From Octopus sinensis (taxonomy: Eukaryota), in NCBI RefSeq assembly GCF_006345805.1, contig NC_043001.1, positions 15,376,001 to 15,440,000 of the forward strand: a stretch of 64,000 bases of DNA, written 5' to 3'. Within the stretch, counting starts at the first letter, position 1. Each line of letters begins with the position of its first letter. Below the pieces are notes generated by a model. It was not told where the DNA came from. It saw nothing but the letters and a program-made list of their open reading frames with translations, and searched no databases. The position numbers were made by a program, and so were the translations under genes. Below are positions 23,030-34,215 of the stretch, one piece after another.

Positions 23030-23720
23030 ATTTAGATGAAATGATGGAAGCGAAGTCGATCTCGGCGTAAAAGGCTGTAACTAAATACCACAGACGATGC
23101 TTTAACGATTCTGTCAAATAATTATTGTTGTTCTGTGGAGATTGTATTGGAATTATGCAGTGGCAAATAGGTTGTTTTCTACAATTTCTTCCAGTTATTT
23201 GATTGAAATGAGAAACAGACGTTCCCTTTCTCGTCGCCATTCCGCAAACAGACGACAACAAAAATAGATCCACCACGAAAATATTTAACCGAGAATCGAA
23301 AGAAATCACAACAGACCACCACTGTAGCTTATAAACAACAAATCTTGTACATTGTTATTAATGTTTTCTTGAAATTTAACAGTAAAAAGAAGTGACATTG
23401 ATTTATCGACGGTCAAATTGTTTATCGTTCGTCGTCCGTACCAGACGAATTGATAGTCTTGTTTTTGTCACCCTTCAGCTTTCCTTTCGGGGAAAGAATA
23501 ACTTAAGATCTTACCATCTGTTGAAGACTATGTCTGGAAACAGTCGTAGGAGCATCATTTCTATAGCAATATTCAGACATCATGTTCAATACACGACTGA
23601 CAAATTGTTTCCATCAACTCCAAACATCCTAATGAAGAGTTTTCGTGTCACTTCGCTATTTTACGGAACTTTTAAACAAAAATCTTTCAGACGGGTTTAT
23701 TTTAGTCTCGATGTTTATAA
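23030..23720. promoter_or_regulatory. CpG-retaining unique region, probable promoter/5' end of the minus-strand gene
   Basis: Visibly more CG dinucleotides than the flanking unique DNA; contains a strong donor ATG|GTAAGA at 23515. Confidence 0.4.
23515..23558 (-). CDS. Putative first coding exon (MMLLRLFPDIVFNR-W); alternative frame MMSEYCYRNDAPTTVSRHSLQQM from 23583
   Basis: Strong GTAAGA donor; the phase-2 frame joins exon 17629-17715. Confidence 0.4.
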
Positions 23721-23799
23721 ATATTTACAATTATATAAATAAATGCATTATCACTCAATTTTTCTTTCTCTTGCAATAGGAATAAAAAAAAAATCTTTA

Positions 23800-24205
23800 A
23801 TAGGCGCAGGAGTGGCGGTGTGGTAAGTAACTTGCTAACCAACCACATGGTTCCGGGTTCGGTCCCACTGCGTGGCATCTTGGGCAAGTGTCTTCTACTA
23901 TAGCCCCGGGCCGACCAATGCCTTGTGAGTGGATTTGGTAGACGGAAACTGAAAGAAGCCTGTCGTATATATGTATATATATGTATGTATGTTTGTGTGT
24001 CTGTGTTTGTCCCCCTAGCATTGCTTGACAACCGATGCTGGTGTGTTTACGTCCCCGTCACTTAGCGGTTCGGCAAAAGAGACCGATAGAATAAGTACTG
24101 GGCTTACAAAGAATAAGTCCCGGGGTCGATTTGCTCGACTAAAGGCGGTGCTCCAGCATGGCCGCAGTCAAATGGCTGAAACAAGTAAAAGAGTAAAAAG
24201 AGTAA
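23800..24205 (+). mobile_element. SINE family A (young, CpG-intact)
   Basis: Full-length copy. Confidence 0.9.
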
Positions 24206-24949
24206 TACCACAGCAAAACTTTCTAAACGTTTTCCCTTACCATTGTTAGTTCGTTCTAAATGCGTTTATGATTACGTAATTAATTGGAATGTTTGAATAA
24301 TTAAATTTAATTAATTTGACTCGAGAAACATTGCTCCAATTTTTTTGTACGCATTATACTGGTGCTATAAAAATGACGCCCCCGTCATCACTCCATCTGA
24401 GTGCCATAATACATTACTTACTCTCTAATGATTGCAGTAAATACGTAGTTTTATATCATAATTCCATTTGCGATTAGTATTAAATCGACCGAAATACTTG
24501 CCTGTTACACTGCTTGATCTACCCAAGATAAAAAGAGAATTCCACCTTGTTGATATTTGAACTCTGAACCTAAAAAGCAAATGCATTTCTAAAATTTAGA
24601 ACCATATGTAAGAGTAAAGACTCCCTTTGATCAAGAATGAACATGGGATTGCATTGAGAAAGTTCCCCTCCAAAGCATAAGTCCAGGGGAAACAAAGGCT
24701 GATACAGCTTGGTGCCAGTGACATTGCAATTCATTTCTACAGCTGAGTGAACTGGAACGACATGTAATAAAGTGTCTTGCTCAAGAATACAGCACACAGC
24801 CCGGTGTGGGAATTGAACACACGGCCTCACAGTTGTAAGCCCAATGCTCTAACCACTGAGCCATGCACCTTCACTCGAAACCGTTAGTAATAGCTGTGTT
24901 TATAATACTTGCAGTAACAGCAGCTATAGTTGTACAAGCGGAATAGTAG

Positions 24950-24954
24950 CAATG

Positions 24955-24998
<44 letters not shown>

Positions 24999-25071
24999 GG
25001 TGGTGGTGGTGGTGGTGGTGGTGGTGGTGTGGTGGTGGTGGTGGTGGTGGGTGGTGGTGGTGGTGGTGGTG

Positions 25072-25107
<36 letters not shown>

Positions 25108-25110
25108 GTT
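24950..25110. repeat. Compound (GTA)n-(GTG)n-(GTA)n microsatellite
   Basis: Direct sequence. Confidence 0.95.
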
Positions 25111-26112
25111 GTTATAGCAGATTGAAATAAAATCACTGTGTTAAACAATCACATACATGTCATTCCTACGGAGCTTGATTCTTACCAACTTATGACGAAC
25201 GACTGCATTTTTAAAACATTTTGGCTGAATGGAAAGTATTTCTTGAAAAATATGATTGGGAGATAATGTAAGCTGCTACCAACATTATTCTCTCTCTCTC
25301 TCTCTCTCTCTGTTTTTTTTTTTTGCAAAATTTCCAGCAGTATTTACCAAATATTTCTCTTTCCCTTTTTCTCTGGAGAGCCATAAATTCTAGTGTCAAA
25401 GAGTTCCACTGCCATTCAGCTATGTTTATACATTCACTCGTCTTAAATTCAGCACATTCTTCTTAATGATGTATCCCCATTCATTTGGGTTATGCTCAAG
25501 AGGAAGTTTTGTAAATTAACCATGTTGAGATAAAAATGGTACAAAGTGCCTGATAACACCTTTTATAAATGACCACAATAAACATGGTTTGGTGAAGAGG
25601 AAAGCAAGCTTATAAACAAGAATTATTAAGCCAGTTTCTTTATAATTTCAGTATGTCTATAAAAACAGTCAAATGATCTTGGTAAAAATCCATTCCAAAA
25701 TGTCATTTGGAATTCTGTGTTTGTCTCAAAGGCTGTCATTTCCATGTTGAAAAGAATCCAAATAATTCCTACGGAGAAAATTCCATTTCATATCTGTCTT
25801 CCCTTATGGCTTGCTCCTGTCGCCATCTGTCATTTATCATATAAAACTGTTGCTTGCTTTGGTTTACATCTAGCCTCAGTCTTCTTGCAAGAATCTGAGA
25901 AGTTTTGGTGCTTTCAAACATTCTAACCATTTTTTACAGTTAAAAGTAAGTGAGTGAATATTATTCTTTCGGGAGATGTTAATTTTAATTTCTGGTTGAT
26001 ACAATTATTGGTTAGCAGAATTGTTTGGCAGAATGCATAGCAGTTATAGCTCTAAACATTTTGAGATCAAATCCTTGAGATATTGATCATCATCACTGTC
26101 ATTGTTTTAGCA

Positions 26113-26359
26113 CAGTGGTCACAAAGTGGACAGTACTGCCCCTCTCTGGGGGTGATGGAAAGAAAAATGGGGCAATTATGGGGTGACCAAAGCAAGACAA
26201 ACAAAATAAAACACAAACAAAATAAAGGGTTAATTAGGCCAAGTCTATTTGTGAAGTACTGTTGTTTTGAATTTGCTACAGAAAATGTCTATGAGTGGGG
26301 TGTAGGGGGCACTAGGGATGTGACCAGAGAACCAGCCTGAAAATGTTTGGGAGCCACTA
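26113..26359. mobile_element. hAT/Charlie-like MITE
   Basis: CAGTGGTCACAAA ... TTTGGGAGCCACTA TIRs; 8-bp flanks ttttagca/ttttaact (6 of 8 match). Confidence 0.55.
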
Positions 26360-26612
26360 TTTTAACTTAGAAAATTACTATTTGTAAATCTCACAGTGAG
26401 AGATATTCAGCAACAGTACTTTGGAGTAAAGATTGTTTGCTAACATAACATGGCAGTCCTGGTTTAGGATGAATGTTGCTGTAATTTAGCCCCAGGAGGC
26501 ATCGTCTCAAGCTGGTTATACAACATGATCTGTGTCCTTATATTTTCAAACAAGGGAATGCTAAATTCCTTGCAAGAAAACTGAGGCTAGATGTAAACGG
26601 TTTTATATCATA

Positions 26613-27889
26613 CGAGGGACGTTCAATAAGTAATGCCTCTGACCCACTTGCAGTTGTTTGATCTAGCTGCAATTTTGCATGTGCAATCATTTATATCTCT
26701 ATAGAGTAAGTGGCAAATTACAGCTCTGAATTAATTGTGGTTTCTGATTTACAGGTGTTTGTGAAATGGAGCCTGTTGAGTGTCGAGCAGTGATCCGGTT
26801 TTTGTATTTGAAAGGACGCAAACCACGGGAGACTTTTGATGAAATGAAAGTAACTTATGGTGATGATGCCCCATCATATGACCTTGTAAAACGCTGGCAT
26901 CGTGAATTCAAACATAGTCGGAACTCTGTGGAAACAGCTCCCAGATCTGGTCGCCCCCTTCTGCCATTGATGAGGCATCTGTCCGTCAAGTTGAGGCTGC
27001 CATTTTGGAAGATCGACGCATAATTATTCGCCAAATAGCCCATGAGGTCAAGATTAGTACCGGGTCTGTGGAAACTATCATTCATGACCATTTGCATATG
27101 CAAAAGGTGTCTGCCAGATGGATTTCCAGGTTGCTCACGCCTTTCCAGAAGCAAGAACGTGTCGAATGCTCGAGGGTGAATTTGGAGATGTGCCAAGAAG
27201 ATGAGTTAAAATTTTTCAAAAGACTGATTACACAGGATGAAACCTGGTTCCATCACGATGATCCAGAGACCAAAGCCCAGTCAATGCAGTGGAAGCACCG
27301 TGACTCACCCCCTTCAAAGAAGGCAAGGGTGCAGCCCTCCGCTGGCAAGGTCATGCTCACAGTCTTCTGGGACCAGGACGGAGTAGTGATGACAGATTTC
27401 CTGGCAAAGGGTACCACAATTGCAGGAGCCTATTATGCTTCACTTTTGAGAAAAATAAGAGAAGTTATCAAAATCAAGAGGTGGAGCAAGATCAGCAAAG
27501 GCATCCTCCTCCTGCAAGATAACGCTCCGGTCCACAACTCGCTTGTCGCCAGATCAGAAGCACAGGCGTATGGCTATGAACTCCTCCCCATCCCCCCTAC
27601 TTTCCTGACCTTGCACCCTCTGATTTTCACCTCTTCCCAATCATGAAGTTGTTTTTGAAAGGAAAGCGTTTCCCAGATGATGCAGCCTTGATTTCTGAAG
27701 TCACGTTGAGGTTGGAGGACCAAGCTGGGTTCTTCTACAAAAACGGTCTCCAGAGCCGCATCAAACGATGGGAGAAATGCGTAACTCTGGATGGTTCCTA
27801 TGTAAAAAAAGACTAATAACTGTGCCAAGTTTCGTTGCTCTACTGCTATGGGAAGTGTGTCAGGGGCACTACTTATTGAACGCCCCTCG
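26613..27889 (+). mobile_element. Full-length mariner (DD34D, irritans-like) transposon, 1277 bp
   Basis: TA TSDs; 31-bp TIRs CGAGGGACGTTCAATAAGTAATGCCTCTGAC with 3 mismatches. Confidence 0.95.
26766..27816 (+). pseudogene. Mariner transposase with two frameshifts
   Basis: N-terminal HTH (RSGRP), ITQDETW, QDNAPVH, PDLAPSDF; frame changes near 26960 and 27590. Confidence 0.95.
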
Positions 27890-28659
27890 TAATTATGATA
27901 TAACGAATAAGTTTTGGGGTCGATTTGTTCAACTAAAGGTGGTGCTCCAGCATGGCCATAGTCAAATGACTGAAACAAGTAAAAGAATTAAAGAATATGT
28001 GTGTATGCATGTATGCGTGTGTGTGTGTTTGTGTGCACCCTTGTCAAGACATCACATGACAGTTGTAAATGAGTATCACCATCACACAAGCAGGGTTGCT
28101 AGTTTCCCGTCTTCCATGAAAGAAAAATTTCTTGCTATGGAAAAAATTTTTTCCTCTTGGAATCAAGGAAAGATCAGTGGCAGCAAAGGTACCAGGCCAT
28201 GGAGAATCTGTCGCAACAAATTTCATCTGATCCTTGCAAGCTTAGAAAAGTTGATGTTAGAAATGACAAAGATGACGATACCAGTATTAGAAACCATTTT
28301 TATTTTGTAATCTGCTTTTCTGTAGCAAAATAAGCAGTCTTTAAAAATGACCTCTTTTTCGCTTTCGGGGGAGGGTAACATCTTCAGAAAATGTTGGTTA
28401 TATTTAGCAAGCATAAACTATGTTTTTTGATTTAAACAGACAGCTATTATAGACTGCAAAAAAATACCTACTGTGTGATCTAATACCAATTCTATCTATT
28501 AGCTTTACACATTAATTACGAAAACAGAAAAAGGAAAAATTTTAAACAATCTTCAAGTGAAAGATTGTGTTAAACAATTATGTTGCCAAATTAGAAATTG
28601 GTTTATAATTCTGGAACACATTTTACATTGTCTCTTCCTTATTTGTTTGTCTAAAACAG

Positions 28660-28704
28660 CAGAAAAGTTACATTTCAGATATTCTCAGTAGATTCCCTTT
28701 TCTA
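28660..28704 (+). CDS. Putative plus-strand exon (QKSYISDILSRFPFL)
   Basis: Pyrimidine tract plus cag acceptor, GTAAGT donor, 45 nt; no supporting chain identified. Confidence 0.3.
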
Positions 28705-29040
28705 GTAAGTTTGTTAATTCAGTCTGACTTACATAGAACCATTGCATTCATAGAATCGACAAGAGTAATGGGAATAGTAATTTTAATAGAAATTTTAGTG
28801 ACTTCATAGGATAAAAAGCAAATCTGCTTCTGAAGGGAGATTGAACTTAGGACACCAAGAGATTCTGCAAAGCATTTTAGTCCAGTATTCTATTGTTTTT
28901 GCTACTAAACTAACTTTTATACTAGCAGCTTCCAGTTTAATCGTGAAAGGGTCGTGGAGATAAATCTTTTAGTTTTGAAATTATTTTATAAAATGCATAT
29001 ATATATATATAATATATATATATATCGTTGCCATTGTGAT

Positions 29041-29411
29041 ACTCTGTTGGTTATGACGATGAGGGTTCCAGTTGAACTGATCAATGGAACAGCCTGCTTG
29101 TGAAATTAATGTGCAAGTGGCTGAGCACTCCACAGACAGGTGTACCATTAACGTAGTTCTCGGGGAGATTCAGCGGACACAGTGTGACAAGGCTGGCCTT
29201 TTGAAATACATGTACAACAGAAACAGGAAGAAAGAGTGAGAAAAGGCTGTGGTGAAAGAGTACAGCAGTGTTTGCCACCAGACTCTGCTAGAGCCTTGTG
29301 AAGCTTTAGATGTTTCTGCTCAATAAACACTCACAACGCCTGGTCTGGGAATCGAAACCACAATCCTATAACTGCAAGTCCGCTGCCCTAACCACTGGGT
29401 CATTGCGCCTT
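29041..29411 (-). mobile_element. tRNA-headed SINE, family C
   Basis: Head GGCGCAATGACCCAGTGGTTAGGGCAGCGGAC...GGTTTCGATTCCC; copies at ~31810-32113, ~53950-54031, ~54945-55323, ~59745-59970, ~60285-60430, ~45780-45880. Confidence 0.85.
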
Positions 29412-29838
29412 CGCATACATACATACATATATATATTTTTAGCCCCAGGAAGACATCTCCAGCTGGCCAACGACACACAGTCCATGTCCAATTAGTATTT
29501 GTGAGGGAGGTCATTGTTCCCATCTCTAGCCTTATGTGATACACACAGACCCGGGCTTCTGAGTAGCCACCTGTCTTCACTGTGAGTCAATCACTGGCTA
29601 GTGATGAGTTGACAGATATATTTTACAATTCTGTACTGTTACTGTTTATCTCTTGCTCAGAGATTTAATATAAGAAATCTCTCTCTTTATATATATATAT
29701 ATATATCATCATCATCATCATCATCATCATTTAACATCCATTGTCCTATACAAAGAATATTGAACATTACATTTAATACTCAACTGCAAAGTAACTATAT
29801 AAACCGTGGTTTATATATGTTTATTTATTATAATGATA

Positions 29839-30011
29839 AGATGAGAAAATAGAGAGGTAAGAGGTAATTAATAAATTATTATTTCTTAATTTAAAAAATT
29901 GCCAAGCATTCCTTACAGCTGTTTCAAACATCCCTTACAGCTGTAAGGGATGTTTGTCAGATTTTAATTAATAAATAATAATTTATTAATTACCTCTCTA
30001 TTTTCTCATCT
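29839..30011. repeat. Nested palindrome (Penelope-like end) with a perfect 32-bp central palindrome
   Basis: CAAACATCCCTTACAGCTGTAAGGGATGTTTG at 29925-29956; outer arms 29839-29860 / 29990-30011. Confidence 0.75.
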
Positions 30012-30047
30012 AATATTATTTTCTCTCCTTGTTTCTTTCTGTGTTCC

Positions 30048-30082
30048 TTTCTGTAGAAGAGCGTAGACTCGAAACGTTAAAG
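30048..30082 (+). ncRNA. Degenerate minimal type I hammerhead-like motif in a Penelope-like tail
   Basis: cttt-CTGTAGA-A-GAG..CTC-GAAA-CG-TT-aaag. Confidence 0.4.
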
Positions 30083-30210
30083 ACTTTTTCACCTCCTGAG
30101 CATTATACTAATACATCTGTTTCTTGTCTACACCACCTTTCTTCGTCTTTTGTTTTATTTTGTTTTTTTGTTAATTCTCCCCCTATATATATATATATAT
30201 ATATATATAT

Positions 30211-30332
30211 TAGGAAGGGCATCCAGCCGTAGAAACACTGCCAGATCTGACTAGGCCTGATGAAGCCTTCCGGCTTCACAGACCCCAGTTGAACCGTCCA
30301 ACCCATGCTAGCATGGAAAACGGATGCTAAAC

Positions 30333-30395
<63 letters not shown>
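30211..30395 (+). mobile_element. 5'-truncated family D element with a long (GAT)n tail
   Basis: AGGAAGGGCATCCAGCC...TAAACGATG then ~20 GAT units. Confidence 0.8.
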
Positions 30396-30430
<35 letters not shown>

Positions 30431-30500
30431 CATATATATACACACACACACACCACACACACACACACACACACATATATACATACATATATATATATAT

Positions 30501-30579
<79 letters not shown>

Positions 30580-30953
30580 CACGGTGTGTGTGTAAGAAGT
30601 TTGCTTCTTAACTACATGGTTCCAAGTTCAGTTCCACTGTGCAGCACTCTGGGCAAGTGTCTTCTACTGCAGCCTTGACCAACCAAAGCCTTATTTTGAG
30701 ATTTGGTAGACAGAAACTAAAAGAAGCCTGTTGCGTGTATGTGTATGTGTGTGTCTCCTACAACTGGTGTTGGTGTGTTTATGTCCCTGTAACTTTGCAA
30801 AAATGAATGCTAAATTAAATACCAGGTTTAAGAAAATAAGTACAAGGGTTAATACTTGACTAAAATTCTTGAAGGCGGTGCCCCAGCATGGTTGCAGTTT
30901 AATGACTGAAACAAGAAAAAATTATATATATATGTGTGTATATATGTGTTATA

Positions 30954-31004
<51 letters not shown>

Positions 31005-31019
31005 TGTATACACACATAC

Positions 31020-31071
<52 letters not shown>

Positions 31072-32472
31072 TTTACTCTTACTATTAGATTAGAGAAAAA
31101 ATGTCAAATAGTTTTTACAATAAAGACAAGCGTATCATATCATCAGAAATAAAGAATACTTCATTCACATTATTTGTATGAATTTTTCTTATAAAATCAT
31201 GTTTTTTTTTAATAATTTGTTTTTGTTCCAGATTTATTGTTTGGGTGTGGACTATTAATCTCTACTTTTGTTTCACCTCTGTTGGAAACATGTCAAATTT
31301 TACAAGGAAAAAAGATTGAGTACAACTATTTTTCGCTTTTTTCTTTTACTTAAACAATTATATAATTTATATTAAGTTCATTGAAAAGAAAAATAACAAA
31401 CTTCTTGAAAGATTAAATGTCTGTAGTTCTAAGATGAGTTGTTAAGATTATAATTTTCTGGACTGTTAACCTAATTTTTAGCGCCTATTTACGCTACACT
31501 TGTCATCAGGTGTCCTATTTCTAAATTTGTACATATGTCTGCTTAACAAGTTCTGTTCTCAGCTTAGGGCTCTGGGTTCAATCCTACTGCATGGTACCTT
31601 GGGACAGTGTCTTTTACTATATCCTTGGGTTAACCAAAATCTTAGAGCAAATTTGGTAGACAGAAACTGGAAGAATCTTGTCCTATAATACATGTATATC
31701 ATCATCATCATCATTATTTAATGACTGTCTTCCATACTAGCAAAGGTTGGATGGTTTGACAAGAGCTGGCAAGGCAGAGGACTGCATCAAGTAGAATATA
31801 TATATATCACCGTGAGCACCATGACTGACCAGGCTATCAGATGTTGCTGCACATCGCTGGTCACAATGCGCTTCGCATTGTTTTAGCCTTCAAATGACGC
31901 CACCCTGCTGGCTAAGTGAGCAGGCCAACAGAAGAAAGAGTGAGAGAAAGTTGTGGCGAAAGAGTACAGCAGGGATCGCCACCACGCCCTGCTGGAGCCT
32001 CATGGAGCTTTAGGTGTTTTCGCTCAATAAACACTCACAACACCCGGTCTGGGAATCAAAACCATCATCCTAAGACCGCGAGTCCGCTGCCCTAACCACT
32101 GGGCTATTGCACCTCTTTATATATATATATATATGTGTGTGTGAGTGTGTGTGTGCTCGTGTGTGTAGGTATGTATATATGTACATGTGTATGGTTGCAT
32201 ATATATGTGGGTGTACATGTATGTATTTCACGTGAGTGTGAGTGAGCATAAACATATAGACACATGTACGTTGATGTGTATGTACGTACATATGCACATA
32301 CGCGATTTCTAATGAACACTTTTACCTTTTTACATTTTTACTTTCTCCCCTTCAGTTTTTTTTCCCCTTATTTAATGGTCTTTCTAATAGCTCTTTTGTC
32401 TTAATAAGGGTCAATTACATAGTAATTTCCCTTTGTTTAACGGTCATTTTCATAGCATTTTTTGATTGCCTC

Positions 32473-32533
32473 GATAACTGATGAGATGCTGGAGCAGATT
32501 TCCACCCCGACATCCGAAACTCGGAGTTTTATT
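32473..32533 (+). ncRNA. Type I hammerhead ribozyme-like motif
   Basis: GATAA-CTGATGA-GATG...CATC-C-GAAA-CTCGGAG-T-T-TTATT: core intact, stems I-III pair. Confidence 0.6.
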
Positions 32534-32566
32534 ATGGCAACCGAATAACTGTCAATATTTATTTAC

Positions 32567-32652
<86 letters not shown>

Positions 32653-32729
32653 GAGATGAAAAGGCAAACTGTTTAGCAAGTTTTGACAAGGCTATTTAAT
32701 TTAGTTATATAATATAAAGGCTTACATAG

Positions 32730-32818
32730 TCTTTAACAGCTGTTTCTAGAATATCCCAGCCATTGAAACATCGTGCTGAGTGAGAATTCCGAAGCTGAGT
32801 ATTCTGTCATCAGAGAGA
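32730..32818 (-). ncRNA. Type I hammerhead ribozyme-like motif with long stem II and palindromic stem III
   Basis: TCTCT-CTGATGA-C-AGAATA-CTCAGC...GCTGGG-A-TATTCT-A-GAAA-CAGCTG-T-T-AAAGA. Confidence 0.55.
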
Positions 32819-32839
32819 AATAGGTTAAACATATGTAAC

Positions 32840-33130
32840 ATCATCGTTTAACATCCACTTTCCATGCTAGCATGGGTTGGACGATTTTGACTGAGGTCTG
32901 GCGAACCAGATGGCTGCACCAGGCTCCAGTCTGATCTGGCAATGTTTCTGCAGCTGGATGCCCTTCCTAATGCCAACCACTTCGAGAGTGTAGTGGGTGC
33001 TTTTTATGTGCCAGTCAAGTGGTACTGGCAATGACCTCGCTCGAATCTTTTTACACATGCCACTGGCACAGGTGCCAGTAAGGCGATGCTGGTAACGATC
33101 ACGCTCAAATGGTGCCTTTTATGTGCCACG
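32840..33130 (-). mobile_element. Family D element
   Basis: Reverse tail and units. Confidence 0.75.
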
Positions 33131-33314
33131 GCATGGAGGGGGGGTGGGAATATTCCTCATCATCTAACCACTTTCAATTGCATTTCAAACCGGAAGTTTA
33201 GTGGCATACCAATTTGAGCACTCCTAGTGCATACTTATTAGTTTAAGTCACTCTGACGAAAATTCCTTGTATCTGATTTATGTACATACATACATACATA
33301 CATGCGTACATGCG

Positions 33315-33348
<34 letters not shown>

Positions 33349-33702
33349 CATACATACGTACATATATATATATATATATATATAATTATATATATAAATG
33401 ACCATCCCGGAATACAACTATATATATATATATTGTTGTATTTTGGGATGGTCATTTTTTCTTTATTTTTTTTGCCAAATAAACACACACACTACATATT
33501 TGTTCTTCACTTCATTTATTTCTCTTCTTTTTTTAACTCATGTCCATTGTCTGGAAATCTTTCATCACACATCTGTGACCTCTTTAGCAACACTTTTTGT
33601 TTTCATGTGTGCTCTTGCTCCACTTACTCCATTATAAGCTATTCACCTCAAGACCATGACTTCTATACCTAGTGGTGCATTATGTCTTTGAAGAAGATAC
33701 TT

Positions 33703-33734
<32 letters not shown>

Positions 33735-33738
<4 letters not shown>

Positions 33739-34215
33739 TCGTCATCATCATTTAATGTCTGCTTTCTATGCTGGCATGGGCTGGACAGTTTGACTGAGGA
33801 CTGGCAAGCCAGTAGGCTGCACCAGGCTCCAATCTGATCTGGCAAGGTTTCTATAGCTGGATGCCCTTCCTAATGCCAACCACACCAACAATGTAACAGA
33901 TGCTTTTTACGTTCCACTGGCACAGGACCCAGTCAGGTGACACTGGCATCAACCATTCTCAAATGGTGGCTTTTACGTGCCACTGGTACTGGAGCCAGTC
34001 AGGGAGCATTGGCATCAACCACACTTGAATGATGCTTTTTACGTGCCACTGGCATGGAAACCAGTCTAGTGGCACTGGCATCAACTATGCTTGAATGGTG
34101 CTTTTTGTGTGCTACCAGCATGGGTGCCAGTCAGGCAGTACTGGCATTGGTCACCACAATGATTTCCCCTGACTCAACAGGTCTTCTCAATAACAGCATA
34201 TTGCCCGATGATGAT
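33735..34215 (-). mobile_element. Family D element with internal tandem units (CpG-decayed)
   Basis: Reverse tail and 4-5 units. Confidence 0.75.

Noticed and set aside
25400-25920. Ancient transposase or pseudogene on the minus strand (NPNEWGYIIKK, NDRWRQEQAIREDRY)
   Set aside because: Multiple stops and frame changes, with no diagnostic motif I can verify.
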